From Candidatus Latescibacterota bacterium (GTDB taxonomy: Bacteria; Latescibacterota; UBA2968; GCA-2709665): 64,000 bases of DNA. Made by a program: the position numbers and the translations under genes. Below are positions 1-10,190 of the stretch, in pieces (position 1 is the first letter of the stretch; the number at the start of each line of letters is the position of its first letter). A model generated the notes under the pieces. That model searched no databases. It worked only from the letters and a program-made list of their open reading frames with translations, and was not told the DNA's origin. Location of the stretch: assembly GCA_965237675.1 (NCBI GenBank), contig OZ250150.1:1216001-1280000 (forward strand), written 5' to 3'.

Positions 1-1
1 C

Positions 2-106
2 GAGCGCGGTACGGTCGGCGTGAAAGAGCGGGTGAAAATCGTTGCGGGTATGCTGGGAGACGACGCGGGGATTCTGGGTGCGGCAAGATTGGCGAGTGGA
101 GCATGA
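2..106 (+). CDS. C-terminus of ROK-family sugar kinase/regulator (partial, runs off window)
   Basis: Frame 2 reads ...VKIVAGMLGDDAGILGAARLASGA*, the typical ROK C-terminal LGxxAGxxGAA motif. Confidence 0.7.
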   Translation, partial: ERGTVGVKERVKIVAGMLGDDAGILGAARLASGA

Positions 107-109
107 ATC

Positions 110-607
110 GTGAGGTGCAAGGCCTTGTACCGGCGACTTGCGAATCCGGGTTACGGAGGTCCTGCCGCAAAGATTCTGGCGTTCGCGGCAGGAATGGTGC
201 TTTTCGCGTGCGGCGTTCCGGCTGCCGCCGAAGGTCCGGATTCGACGGCCGTGGACAGTGTCCGCGAGGCCCGGCCCGCGCGGGGGGCCTTGTTGCGGTC
301 GCTTGCGCTGCCGGGATGGGGGCAGTTTTATAACCGCCGTCCTATAAAAGGAAGCTTGATCGCCGCCGCGCAGGTGAGTTCCACGGTGGCGTTTTTTGTT
401 CGCCGAGGACAATTGAACCGGCGCCCGCCGGTCGATGGATTCTCGGAACGAAATATCTTTCTGTATACCACGATTGGCCTTATCCTATTCAGTATGGGCG
501 ACGCGTATGTGGATGCGCATCTGGATCAGGTGGACTGGGGAGCGGCTCAATTCCGACCCGGCGAGGAAGGCCTGGAATTTCGTATGCGGTTCCGCGTCAG
601 ATTCTGA
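110..607 (+). CDS. DUF5683-like membrane protein (start uncertain, possibly 194)
   Basis: ALLRSLALPGWGQFYN...KG and DAYVDAHL motifs. Confidence 0.65.
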   Translation: MRCKALYRRLANPGYGGPAAKILAFAAGMVLFACGVPAAAEGPDSTAVDSVREARPARGALLRSLALPGWGQFYNRRPIKGSLIAAAQVSSTVAFFVRRGQLNRRPPVDGFSERNIFLYTTIGLILFSMGDAYVDAHLDQVDWGAAQFRPGEEGLEFRMRFRVRF

Positions 608-646
608 GCGGTCCGACAGAATCTTTGTAGCCACGGAGACCGGATA

Positions 647-1765
647 ATGGACACCGGGTTTCCCCTTACGCGAATTGTTCGCGGCTTGCCCGCATCGGTG
701 CCGTTCGTGGGGCCCGAAGCACTGGAGCGTCGACGCGGAGAGGCTTTCAGAGTGCGGTTGGGGGCAAACGAAAGCGCTTTCGGGATTTCGCCGCTGGCGC
801 GTGAGGCCATGTTTCGGGCGGTTGAGCGGGTGAGTTGGTACAACGACCCTGAAAATTATGAAATCCGTGCCGCAATTGCCGGATTCCACGGGGTTCCGTT
901 TGAAAACGTCAGCGTAGGCAGCGGAATCGACGACCTGCTGGGACTTGTCGTGCGGGTTTTTGTAGAGCCAGGCGAGACGGTCGTGACATCCCTCGGGGCT
1001 TATCCGACGTTCAACTACCACGTGAACGGGTTTGGTGGCCTCTTGCATTTCGTGCCTTACCGGGATGACAGAAATGACCTCGAGGGACTGGCCGGGGCTG
1101 CCACGGAGACCGAAGCCCGGTTGGTATACCTGTCCAATCCGGACAACCCGGCGGGCACCTGGCATACATCGGCGAATATCAGAACATTTGAAAAAACACT
1201 TCCGGAGCGGTGTCTGTTGATTCTGGACGAAGCGTATTCGGAATTTTCGACTCGCGACGCACCACCGCCAACGGCTCCGATCCAGCCACGGGTCATTCGC
1301 ATGCGGACGTTTTCCAAGGCGCACGGGATGGCAGGGGCGCGGATCGGATATGCGATCGCGGATGCGGCCATTGTGGAAGCCATTGAAAAGGTGCGGCACC
1401 ACTATGGTGTGAATCGCGTCGCACAGGCTGGTGCGCTGGCCTCGCTTCAAGATACTGACTTCGTGGCGAACGTGGTGAATTCGGTTGTGGCAGGACGGAG
1501 CGACTATGCGCGGCTCGGGGAGAGCCTCGGTCTGCCCACGTTGCCTTCGGCCACGAATTTTGTGGCGTTCGACGCGGGAACTGCGAAACGTGCGAATACG
1601 ATACTCGAGACACTGCAAAGGCAAGGCGCATTCGTGCGCAAACCGGGTTCGCCGCCCCTGGACAGGTGTTTCAGGGTAACGGTGGGTACACCGGGGGAGC
1701 GGATGTTGTTTGCCGAAATATTGACGTCAGTCCTGGATGAACTGTCGCAGAAGCGAACCTTGTGA
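647..1765 (+). CDS. PLP-dependent aminotransferase class I/II, histidinol-phosphate aminotransferase-like
   Basis: LGANES, NPDNPAG, LDEAY, RTFSKAHGMAGARIGY (PLP lysine). Confidence 0.9.
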   Translation: MDTGFPLTRIVRGLPASVPFVGPEALERRRGEAFRVRLGANESAFGISPLAREAMFRAVERVSWYNDPENYEIRAAIAGFHGVPFENVSVGSGIDDLLGLVVRVFVEPGETVVTSLGAYPTFNYHVNGFGGLLHFVPYRDDRNDLEGLAGAATETEARLVYLSNPDNPAGTWHTSANIRTFEKTLPERCLLILDEAYSEFSTRDAPPPTAPIQPRVIRMRTFSKAHGMAGARIGYAIADAAIVEAIEKVRHHYGVNRVAQAGALASLQDTDFVANVVNSVVAGRSDYARLGESLGLPTLPSATNFVAFDAGTAKRANTILETLQRQGAFVRKPGSPPLDRCFRVTVGTPGERMLFAEILTSVLDELSQKRTL

Positions 1766-2006
1766 TCTGCTGTCGATCCGGAGCACCCTCCTAACTCGGC
1801 CACTGCGCCTTGTGGCGCCGAAGCGTGTCCGGAAAAACACGTGGAACAACAAATGAAATACGGAAACGGTTACCTCGTGTTCTGTCCCGGAAATAGATTG
1901 CCGTAATTCGACCGGCGAGTCGCCCGGCTCGCAAGGCGCTCACGCACGCAGACAGGGACGAATGGTGACCTATTTCCGGGACAGAACACCAGCTGCGGAG
2001 GGAGAA

Positions 2007-2786
2007 ATGGAAGTGCCAGGAACGCTGGAACTCTTTCGGATGGATGGTCGTGCGGCCCTGATTACCGGAGGATCGAAGGGCCTGGGAAGGGAAATGGCGC
2101 TGGCGCTGGCCGAGGCGGGCGCCGCCACGGTCGTCTGTTCGAGAAACGGTGCGGACTGCGAATCGGTTGCGGCAGAGATCGCTGAACAGACGGGACGGGA
2201 AAGCCTGGGTCTGGCCGTCGACGTGACGGTGGACGAGGATGTGGACCGGATGATTCAAGCGGTCAAGGATCGGTTTGGGCGACTGGACGTCCTGATCAAT
2301 TGCGCGGGCATCAACATCCGGCATCCCATAGACCGTTTTCCGGTCGAGGAATTCAAGCAGGTTATCGATACCAATCTGACCGGATCCTGGCTCTGCTGCA
2401 GGGCCGCGGGACCGATAATGACGTCTCAGAAGAGCGGATCGGTGATTAACGTGGGATCGACGCTGAGCGCCGTTGGCCTGGCCGAACGCTCGGCATATTG
2501 TTCGTCCAAGGCCGGGATCGCCGGGTTGACCCGGGCGCTCGCGTTGGAGTGGGCGCCGTTCGGGGTACGGTGCAACGCGCTTTGTCCGGGGCCCTTTCTG
2601 ACGGAGATCAATAGGCCGCTCCTGAAGACACCCGACAAGGTGAGGAGTCTGCTCATCCAGACGGCGTTCGACCGCTGGGGTGAGATGCACGAAATCCGCG
2701 GTGCGGCGTTGTTTCTCGCCAGCGACGCTTCGACCTATGTGACGGGAACATCGTTGTTTGTAGATGGCGGATGGACGGCTCGCTGA
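2007..2786 (+). CDS. SDR family oxidoreductase (gluconate 5-dehydrogenase-like)
   Basis: TGGSKGLG, NCAG, YCSSK catalytic motif; GGAG RBS before ATG 2007. Confidence 0.9.
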   Translation: MEVPGTLELFRMDGRAALITGGSKGLGREMALALAEAGAATVVCSRNGADCESVAAEIAEQTGRESLGLAVDVTVDEDVDRMIQAVKDRFGRLDVLINCAGINIRHPIDRFPVEEFKQVIDTNLTGSWLCCRAAGPIMTSQKSGSVINVGSTLSAVGLAERSAYCSSKAGIAGLTRALALEWAPFGVRCNALCPGPFLTEINRPLLKTPDKVRSLLIQTAFDRWGEMHEIRGAALFLASDASTYVTGTSLFVDGGWTAR

Positions 2787-2854
2787 AACGGGCGTCCGAA
2801 ATCCGGGTTCGGAATCGGTGTATTTCAACAGGCGGATGGAGGATCGGAGAGCCA

Positions 2855-3976
2855 ATGGCATTTTTTCCTGCGAATTTTTCACGATGGGCGGTCGGGCTGG
2901 TTTTGGGAAGCGTGATTCTGGTGGGCGTCCCGAATGCCGGGCAGGGGCCGCCGTTCTACGAGGATAAGATGAATATGCTGGTTTACGTGGAAGCAGAGGG
3001 CAAGGAGCGGGCGATATCGAACGCGGAAGACTGGAAGAATCGACGTGCGCATATTCTGGCGAATATGGAAAAGGTGATGGGACCCCTTCCCGACCGTTCC
3101 AGCCTGCCTGCACTGGACATGGAGGTGGTGGGTACCGAGGACCTGGGCGACGTGATAAGGAAGAAGGTCACGTTTGTGTCGGAACCGGGGGATCGCGTGC
3201 CGGCGTACCTGCTGGTCCCGAAGGGCTTGAATGGAAGGACGCCGGCAATGTTGTGCCTGCATCAGACAACCAAGATCGGCAAGGGAGAACCCGCGGGTGT
3301 GGGTGGGAACCCCGATCTGCACTATGCGCTGGAACTCGCCAGGAGAGGGTATGTAACGCTGGCGCCGGACTATGTGAATTTTGGAGAGTACGAATTCGAC
3401 CCCTATCAAAATGGTTATTCCAGCGCCACGATGAAGGGGATCTGGAACCATATGCGGGCCGTCGACCTGCTTCAGTCGCTTCCTCAGGTGGATGCACGGC
3501 GGGTCGGGTGCATCGGCCATTCGCTGGGCGGACACAATTCCATGTTTCTGTCCGCGTTCGATCCGCGGTTGAAGGTCGTGGCGTCCAGTTGCGGATTTAA
3601 TTCGTTCTTCAAATATTACAAGGGCGACCTGACGGGCTGGAGCCATCGGGGGTATATGCCGCTGATCTCCGAGCGGTACGGCAAAGATCCGAAGCAGATG
3701 CCGTTCGACTTTACCGAGGTGGTTTCCGCGCTTGCGCCGCGGGGGTTTTTCATCAACGCGCCCACGCGAGACGGTAACTTTGAAGTGTCGGGTGTGGAAG
3801 ATTGTGTGCGGGCGGCAGCGCCAGTTTACGCATTGCTGGGCGCCCCCACCCGCCTGTTGGCGGTACACCCGGATGCGGGGCACAGTTTTCCGCCGCACAT
3901 CCGGGAACAGGCATATGCGTTTGTCGACGAAATATTGAAGGCCGGTGATCAGCGGTCGGGGACCCGAGATCACTAG
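2855..3976 (+). CDS. Exported alpha/beta hydrolase (dienelactone hydrolase / acetylxylan esterase-like)
   Basis: GHSLGG nucleophile elbow, C-terminal GHSFP, N-terminal hydrophobic segment. Confidence 0.85.
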   Translation: MAFFPANFSRWAVGLVLGSVILVGVPNAGQGPPFYEDKMNMLVYVEAEGKERAISNAEDWKNRRAHILANMEKVMGPLPDRSSLPALDMEVVGTEDLGDVIRKKVTFVSEPGDRVPAYLLVPKGLNGRTPAMLCLHQTTKIGKGEPAGVGGNPDLHYALELARRGYVTLAPDYVNFGEYEFDPYQNGYSSATMKGIWNHMRAVDLLQSLPQVDARRVGCIGHSLGGHNSMFLSAFDPRLKVVASSCGFNSFFKYYKGDLTGWSHRGYMPLISERYGKDPKQMPFDFTEVVSALAPRGFFINAPTRDGNFEVSGVEDCVRAAAPVYALLGAPTRLLAVHPDAGHSFPPHIREQAYAFVDEILKAGDQRSGTRDH

Positions 3977-4022
3977 GAACGAACCTGATGGTCCCCGGAG
4001 CGTTAACCGCAGGAGAGGAAAA

Positions 4023-5357
4023 ATGGCCGATCTGAAGCTGGAAAGGATTGAACCCTGGGCGCCGCATCCTTCTGCCGCGCCGTTGACGGAGCGGGGCGGG
4101 AAGACGTTTGCGGCGGCGGCCAATGGGACACGGACGTGCGTGGGTGGGTGGCAGGCGGTATTCTCAGGGGTCGAACCGGGACAGACGCTCCGGGCGGTCT
4201 GGGAGGTGGATTACAGGGTGCTTGAACACCCCAGGGACGCACTGCGTTGCAAATCCTATTGGGGAGAGATGCCGGCGGACGACGCGACGGTGCGTACAGG
4301 TGAAATTCGGGGATGGGACTATCTGCTGCCGGAGCGCGCCGGAACCCAGACAATCCGGTTTTCACGGACGTTGACCGCGCCCGAAGGGACCAGCCGGTTG
4401 ACGTTGCGCTGCACGTTCCGGTGGGCAACCGCGGGTGAGTCGGAGTGGCACCTGCCCGAGGTAAAGGTCGTCGAGGCGCCGGAGATACCCACGGCGGTGA
4501 AGGTGGCCGTGGTAACCGGCAGGGCGGGATCGAGGAAGGGGCCTTTTGCCTCGGTTGCCGAGAACATCGACTATTATCTGCCCCTGTGCGAAGCAGCGTG
4601 CAAAACGGGGCCGGATCTGATCGTATTGCCGGAAATTGCCCTTCAATGGGGGATTACTGGAAGCCCCATCGATCTGGCGGTGCCGCTGCCCGGCCCGGAA
4701 ACGGAACCGTTTGCGGATCTGGCCCGCCAACACGGTCTCTACCTGCTGCTGGGCCTGATCGAGCGGGATGGCGACGCGGTTCACAATACGGCGGCGCTGA
4801 TCGCGCCGGACGGCGCGGTGGAAGGCCGGTATCGAAAGGTGCATTTGGCCGTGGGAGGCGAGAGCGAATCCGGAATTTTTCCCGGAGACGGGTTTCCGAT
4901 GTTCGATACCGTGATCGGACGAATTGGATGCAATATCTGCATGGACAGTTCGGCCGCGGAATCCTCACGGATGGTGGGGTTGAGCGGGGCGGACTTCCTC
5001 CTCCTGCCAATCATGGGCGATCACCGCGCCAGCAGGTGGAGTCCCGGATCACCGATCTTCAGCGAGGACCGTTGGAAGGCCATCATGCGTACTCGAGCGA
5101 TGGACAATCAGGTGTGCATGGTGGTTGCACGGAATACAACGCAGGGTAGCTGTGTCGTGGATAGAAAGGGCGACATCCTGGCGTGGAACGAGGGAGACCG
5201 CGACCATATTCTGGCAACGGTGGACCTGGCGGACGGGTATCGAACCTGGAACGGGGGGTGCTTCCGGGAGGTGAACTGGATGCAGCGCCGGCCGCATCTT
5301 TATGAAGCGTACAGCGACGAGTCAAACCGGGGGTCGTTGACAACCGCGGCATATTAG
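4023..5357 (+). CDS. Carbon-nitrogen hydrolase (nitrilase superfamily) with extra N-terminal beta domain
   Basis: E-K-C triad: LPE, YRKVH, NICMD; AGGAGAGG RBS. Confidence 0.85.
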   Translation: MADLKLERIEPWAPHPSAAPLTERGGKTFAAAANGTRTCVGGWQAVFSGVEPGQTLRAVWEVDYRVLEHPRDALRCKSYWGEMPADDATVRTGEIRGWDYLLPERAGTQTIRFSRTLTAPEGTSRLTLRCTFRWATAGESEWHLPEVKVVEAPEIPTAVKVAVVTGRAGSRKGPFASVAENIDYYLPLCEAACKTGPDLIVLPEIALQWGITGSPIDLAVPLPGPETEPFADLARQHGLYLLLGLIERDGDAVHNTAALIAPDGAVEGRYRKVHLAVGGESESGIFPGDGFPMFDTVIGRIGCNICMDSSAAESSRMVGLSGADFLLLPIMGDHRASRWSPGSPIFSEDRWKAIMRTRAMDNQVCMVVARNTTQGSCVVDRKGDILAWNEGDRDHILATVDLADGYRTWNGGCFREVNWMQRRPHLYEAYSDESNRGSLTTAAY

Positions 5358-5437
5358 GTCGTCACCCCCTGTTTCCCTTCTTCCCAATGAGGAATGGGAC
5401 AAGCACCCGTAGAGCCCGGCGGAAGATCCGCCGGGCT

Positions 5438-6223
5438 CTACGGGTGTGGGGCCGGTTCTCTATGTTTGAACAGCAGGATACCCGCGGCAACGGCGATGTT
5501 GAGGGAGTTCGTGCCTTCGGCCATGGGAATCGAGACGGATTGGTGGACGCGTTTCTGGAGTTCCGGGTCAACGCCGAAGGTTTCATTGCCGAACAGAAGG
5601 GCGATACGGCCTTTCTGTCTGATTTCGTAGAATGGCGTACCCCGGAGTTGTGTGGAGAAAATGCGGACACCCCGCTGCCGCAGGTCCCGGATCAGCGTGG
5701 AGAGATCTTCGTTCCGAAAGACGGGAAAACGAAATATGGCCCCGCGAGAGGCGCGAACAACTTTCGAATTGTAGAGTTCGACGGATTCGGGAGACAGGAA
5801 AATGGCGCTCGCTCCGGCGGCTTCGGCGGTGCGGATAACCAGGCCGAGGTTGTTGGGGTCGCGCAGCCGGTCGAAGAGAAGGAGTGGGCCGCCCGCGTCC
5901 AGGGCCCCATCCCGGTTTCGCGCCAGGAATCGTACCACGCCCAGCACGCCTTCGGGATTCTGATGTTCGCCCATATTTTTGATCGCGCGACGGTCTGTTT
6001 GTTGGACGATAATCTTCCGGCGTGTCGCCTCGCGGTGGAACTGCTGCAGGCGTCTGTCGACCTTGAGGGTGTCCCGGTCGAAGATCAGTTGCTCGAACGG
6101 CGCGTCTGACGTGAGTGCTTCTTCGACAAGGCGAATGCCTTCGATCACGAATTGACGTTCGCTTTCTCGCGCCTTGCGATGCCTGATAAGCGAAAGGATT
6201 CTGCGGGCGTTTTTTATGGCCAT
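5438..6223 (-). CDS. TrmH/SpoU-family RNA 2'-O-methyltransferase
   Basis: DPNNLGLVIRTAEAAG, FGNETFG, SIPM...SLNIAVA SPOUT motifs. Confidence 0.9.
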   Translation of the reverse strand: MAIKNARRILSLIRHRKARESERQFVIEGIRLVEEALTSDAPFEQLIFDRDTLKVDRRLQQFHREATRRKIIVQQTDRRAIKNMGEHQNPEGVLGVVRFLARNRDGALDAGGPLLLFDRLRDPNNLGLVIRTAEAAGASAIFLSPESVELYNSKVVRASRGAIFRFPVFRNEDLSTLIRDLRQRGVRIFSTQLRGTPFYEIRQKGRIALLFGNETFGVDPELQKRVHQSVSIPMAEGTNSLNIAVAAGILLFKHREPAPHP

Positions 6224-6269
6224 AGGAAATCTGCGGCGGCGGACAGCGGCCTTCCGGCCGGCGTGCCGT

Positions 6270-6440
6270 CTATTGATGTTCGCCTGAGTCGGTTTCGGTT
6301 TCGCCGCTGCCGATGGATTCACGTAGATCCCGGAGTTCGTTCCATATCTCACGTTCACGGCGGCCGAGGCCCAGGAAATAGATGAGTATCGCCGCCCATA
6401 TTATGCCGTAGGCAGCAGCCATGTATCCGAGGTGTTGCAT
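6270..6440 (-). CDS. ccmD: Heme exporter protein D (56 aa, not in ORF track)
   Basis: Hand translation MQHLGYMAAAYGIIWAAILIYFLGLGRREREIWNELRDL...: single TM with AY..W followed by a charged tail; GGAGG RBS; directly after ccmC. Confidence 0.8.
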   Translation of the reverse strand: MQHLGYMAAAYGIIWAAILIYFLGLGRREREIWNELRDLRESIGSGETETDSGEHQ

Positions 6441-6467
6441 GGGGGTCCTCCGGAAGTTCGAGACAGG

Positions 6468-7181
6468 TCAGCCCGAGATACGCTCCACCGGCGTTGCCGT
6501 AACGCGGATCCTTGCCTTCAGCGATTCGAGTTCGTCGCGGGCAAGCTCGAGGGAGACACGTTTGACCAGAATGGCGCCGAAGAGCAGAATGAACACGGCA
6601 GCGCAGAAGACGAATGCGACCAGCATGTCGGGCGGGAGTCCGATTTTTTCGGCCCGTACAACCTCGGGATGCTGGGTGCGCCACAACCGTGTGGAATAAT
6701 GGATGAGTGGGGCATCGAGAAAGCCGATGATACCCAGTACAGCCCTGAATCTGGCGCTTTGCAGGGGGTCGTCACTGTAGCTCTTCAGCATCATATAGGC
6801 GACGAATATTAGCCAGAGGACCAGAGTGAGGGTCAACTGGGCGTCCCACACCCACCAGGCGCCCCAGACGGGTTTTGCCCAAATGGGGCCGGTGAGAAGC
6901 ACGAGTGTGCAGAAGAGAAGGCCGACTTCGGCGGCGCACGCAGCCCATGTATCCCATCGTTTTTCCTTGCGAACGAGGTACAGGATGCTGAAGACGAAGA
7001 CGAGGAAAAAGGCGGCATACATCGCGAAGGCCGAGGGCACGTGAAAGTAGAAAATTTTCTGGGCGAGACCCATTTGTCTTTCCACGCGCGCGTGGACGAG
7101 GGCAAGGTAGGGCGCAATCAGCATGCCGATCAGCGCCAGGATGCCGAAGATCCGGGACCACAGGTATAGGCGTTTCCCCAT
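6468..7181 (-). CDS. ccmC: Heme exporter / cytochrome c biogenesis protein CcmC
   Basis: YFHVP, WAKPVWGAWWVWD tryptophan-rich motif, QHP. Confidence 0.95.
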   Translation of the reverse strand: MGKRLYLWSRIFGILALIGMLIAPYLALVHARVERQMGLAQKIFYFHVPSAFAMYAAFFLVFVFSILYLVRKEKRWDTWAACAAEVGLLFCTLVLLTGPIWAKPVWGAWWVWDAQLTLTLVLWLIFVAYMMLKSYSDDPLQSARFRAVLGIIGFLDAPLIHYSTRLWRTQHPEVVRAEKIGLPPDMLVAFVFCAAVFILLFGAILVKRVSLELARDELESLKARIRVTATPVERISG

Positions 7182-7182
7182 G

Positions 7183-7863
7183 TTATTCCTCGATCACATA
7201 ATCGAACAAAAGTACGCAGGCCGCCACAAACAGCAGTGCGAATGCCCCGCTGATTTTGATCCACGCGCCGATATCCGAGAGAGAATCGCCCGCGAGCACC
7301 GCCCGGAACGATTCGACGGCTGCCAGGAGGGCCGGAACCAGGACCGGAAGGGTGAGCATTGGCAACAGGGCCTCCTGAAGCCGGGTCTTGAGGGACATCG
7401 CGGCGAACAGCGTGCCGACGGCCGCAAATCCGAGGGTTCCCAGCAGAAGCGGTGGAATCAGGCGGGGCAGGTGTTGCCAGACGGCGATATTCAGAAAGAC
7501 AACCATAAGAGGGAGAAGCATGGCCTCCAGCAACAACATGGCGCCAAGGTTGGCCGCCATTTTGCCAAGATAGATGGCGCCTCTATCCGCGGGAGAAAGC
7601 AGGAGGCCTGTCAGGCAGTCGTTGTCACGTTCCGAGATGAAAGAACGCGTCAGGCCCATGAATCCGGAGAACGTAACGGCTATCCAGAAGATGCCCGGTG
7701 CCGCGTTTCTGATGGTTTCCGAATCGGGTGTAAATGCAAAATTAAAGACGAGAAGCACCAGAAACGCAAAAAAACACATTGCGCTGAGCCGTTCTTTGGT
7801 GCGTACCTCGGTCTTGATATCTTTCCAGAAGACAGCGCACGCCTGATGAAAGAAGATGGCCAT
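7183..7863 (-). CDS. ccmB: Heme exporter permease CcmB
   Basis: KD...E.RT, F..ERDNDCL.GLLLSP, LLP.L.LP.LVP. Confidence 0.9.
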   Translation of the reverse strand: MAIFFHQACAVFWKDIKTEVRTKERLSAMCFFAFLVLLVFNFAFTPDSETIRNAAPGIFWIAVTFSGFMGLTRSFISERDNDCLTGLLLSPADRGAIYLGKMAANLGAMLLLEAMLLPLMVVFLNIAVWQHLPRLIPPLLLGTLGFAAVGTLFAAMSLKTRLQEALLPMLTLPVLVPALLAAVESFRAVLAGDSLSDIGAWIKISGAFALLFVAACVLLFDYVIEE

Positions 7864-7894
7864 GGGCGCTCAAGTTCCCTCGTTGCACAGGATT

Positions 7895-8665
7895 TCAGAA
7901 ATCAGCGGGTTCCTGTCCCGCCTTTATCCTGACGCCGGGGTTAGTGGAAGCGTGTTGGTTAATGGCATTCTCATAGTGCCTTTCCAGCGCTTCGAGCGAC
8001 AGTCCCGCGGTACCTCCCCGCGCAACAAACCGTCCCCGGTTCAAGATCGCGAAACCGTCCGTGAGTGTAAGACCCCGGTGCAGGTCGTGGGTCACCAGAA
8101 TGACCGTACGACCCTCCTGCCGAAGCTGGTGCAACCGATGGCTCAACATGGCGCAGGCGGCGGCATCCAGGCCAGCGAACGGCTCGTCGAGAAGAAGAAT
8201 CTTGGGCTGGTGGAGCGTAGCCCGGGCAATGGCGAGGCGCTGTTTCATGCCCCTGGAAAATCCCCGGACGCGGTCGTGCTCCCTGCCAGAAAGACCAACC
8301 CCTTCCAGAGCCTGCCGCACACGTTCTTTCAGGTTGCGCAGACCGTACAGGCGGCCATAGAAACGCAGGTTTTCACTTGCGGTCAGATCATCGTATAGAA
8401 AGGACTGGTGGGAGATCAGGCCGATATCCGCACGCACGCGTTCCGGTTCCCTGCAGGCGTCGACGCCCCGGATGAAGATCTGCCCCCGCGTGGGTTTGGA
8501 TAGGGTCGCGATAAGCCGCAGGAGCGTCGACTTGCCGGCCCCGTTCGGGCCCAGGAGCGCAAGGGCGCCACCTGGAATGTTGAGGTCGATGCCCTCGAGG
8601 ACGACGAGGGGGCCAAACCGTTTTTCCACGTTCTCGAGAACGATGGCCGGAGCGGGCGAGACCAC
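7895..8665 (-). CDS. ccmA: Heme ABC exporter ATP-binding protein CcmA (GTG start approximate)
   Basis: GPNGAGKST, FSRGMKQR, LLLDEP; upstream of ccmB. Confidence 0.9.
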   Translation of the reverse strand: MVSPAPAIVLENVEKRFGPLVVLEGIDLNIPGGALALLGPNGAGKSTLLRLIATLSKPTRGQIFIRGVDACREPERVRADIGLISHQSFLYDDLTASENLRFYGRLYGLRNLKERVRQALEGVGLSGREHDRVRGFSRGMKQRLAIARATLHQPKILLLDEPFAGLDAAACAMLSHRLHQLRQEGRTVILVTHDLHRGLTLTDGFAILNRGRFVARGGTAGLSLEALERHYENAINQHASTNPGVRIKAGQEPADF

Positions 8666-8670
8666 AACGC

Positions 8671-9765
8671 CTACGCCTCCCCTTCCAATAAACGGGTCAT
8701 TTCGACGAGCTCCGCTTTGAATGCATTTCGTCGGGTCTGGTAATCTTCTTTCAAAAGGCGGCCTTTTTCGTACCGCTCGTCCAGGTCCGCAATCTGATGG
8801 AGCAGGACATTTCTGCGGACTGGAAGACCGGGTTTGCGTTCGGCGGTTGTCCGCGCCGGAGCGCGGGGTTTTCCGGTCGGGCGAAAGAAGATGGCGAGAA
8901 GGGCAAAGCCGATTGCGAGACCCAGCAGTGTCCATTTGATGTCGATACCGGTTAACAGGCCGGATACGGACCATGCCTCCGGTCTTATTCTCAGGTCAAT
9001 TTTGTCTCCCCGGTTAAAGCCGGCACCGGAAAACCTGCGGAAGCTGTGCTGCTCGAAGGTGACTTCGCCCTGGTCCTGAAGCGCACCGCCGGTGATGTCG
9101 GCTCCCGACGGGTGGACGAGGACGTCCACGGCGCCGGTGGGATAACTCAGGGATTGTGACAGACGCCCGGAGGGAGGGAGGTCGAAGGTAAATACCAGTT
9201 GGCTGCGGCCTGGACGTACAGGATCGGGATTCACCAGGATGTCACCGTGCGTGTGCAGCCCCTGGGGGCCGCCCGTGATCTCGGTCACGCCTTCGGGAAG
9301 AAAAACTTCCAGGCCATGTCCATGCCCCTCGCCGGTTTTAAACGTGCGGTTGCCCTCGTTCTGCACGATGAGAATCTGCTCGACTTTCTTCTGGGCGGCA
9401 TCGACAATGATGTGGTGTGCGGCAACGGAGATGGCCGTATCTGAGTCGGTCGTTTCGTAGACGACAATTTCGTTGGGGCCGTCCTCAACCCGTTGGGCGT
9501 AGTTGACGCCCCCATAGGTCGCGGAAAGAAACCAACGCGCGTTGTTGCCATCCTGGACTTGGAACGAGAAACGACCCTGCCCGTCGGTCGTATCCTGACG
9601 GATGGTTTCAGTTTCGGCGTCGTGGCGAATCAGGGAGACCGGGCAGCCCGGCTGAGGTTGCGACCGCGTCTCATTGGTGACATGTCCAATGACAAGGTTA
9701 GCCGCTGCGGCAGGATCCGCAATACCGATCAGAACGAAGGCGACGCAGCAAAGACGTGTGCTCAT
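8671..9765 (-). CDS. Ccm-cluster accessory exported protein: carboxypeptidase-regulatory-like Ig domain, C-terminal TM and CcmI-like helical tail
   Basis: Signal peptide, TTDGQGRFSF motif, TM, LLHQIADLDERYEKG..EDY; ATGA-coupled to the upstream gene. Confidence 0.7.
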   Translation of the reverse strand: MSTRLCCVAFVLIGIADPAAAANLVIGHVTNETRSQPQPGCPVSLIRHDAETETIRQDTTDGQGRFSFQVQDGNNARWFLSATYGGVNYAQRVEDGPNEIVVYETTDSDTAISVAAHHIIVDAAQKKVEQILIVQNEGNRTFKTGEGHGHGLEVFLPEGVTEITGGPQGLHTHGDILVNPDPVRPGRSQLVFTFDLPPSGRLSQSLSYPTGAVDVLVHPSGADITGGALQDQGEVTFEQHSFRRFSGAGFNRGDKIDLRIRPEAWSVSGLLTGIDIKWTLLGLAIGFALLAIFFRPTGKPRAPARTTAERKPGLPVRRNVLLHQIADLDERYEKGRLLKEDYQTRRNAFKAELVEMTRLLEGEA

Positions 9766-10190
9766 TGACGAGGTTCCACGAGGTCTTTGCCGCATTGAGG
9801 ACAGAAATGGGCGCCTGCCGGCGCTGCGGCGCCGCACCCGGTACAACTTCCCGTATCAAATTCTCTGAGGGCGGCGATTTCCTGTTCGATGCGATCCTCG
9901 ATTGCCAACGTGGGGCCGGCGGTTTCCTCGATGGCTCTCATCAGTTCCACGGCCCGATTTTCGTAGCGCGTGCGCGTGGCGCGATAGTCGTCCTCTTCGA
10001 CCTTTCCCATGCGGTAGTCGAAGTCCAGTTCGCGGATGGCGTCATAAAGGGTTTCCCTATCCTGAAGGAGTTGGCTTCCGCGACCGGACCCTGCATTCGC
10101 CTGTCCTACCCGACCTCGCTTGGTCATGAACGGGCGGAAGACAAAGATGAAGACGACCGCGACAATACCGATGCAGACCGCGCCGCTCAC
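9762..10190 (-). CDS. CcmI-like N-terminal membrane protein with C-terminal zinc ribbon
   Basis: TM; IRELDFDYRMGKVEEDDY; CTGC...CPQCG. Confidence 0.75.
   Translation of the reverse strand: MSGAVCIGIVAVVFIFVFRPFMTKRGRVGQANAGSGRGSQLLQDRETLYDAIRELDFDYRMGKVEEDDYRATRTRYENRAVELMRAIEETAGPTLAIEDRIEQEIAALREFDTGSCTGCGAAAPAGAHFCPQCGKDLVEPRQ

Noticed and set aside
485-1624. Long antisense or alternative-frame ORFs (e.g. 485-1624, 1791-3113, 11002-12438, 18516-20090, 44545-45894)
   Set aside because: Shadow ORFs of well-supported genes in GC-rich DNA with no recognisable motifs
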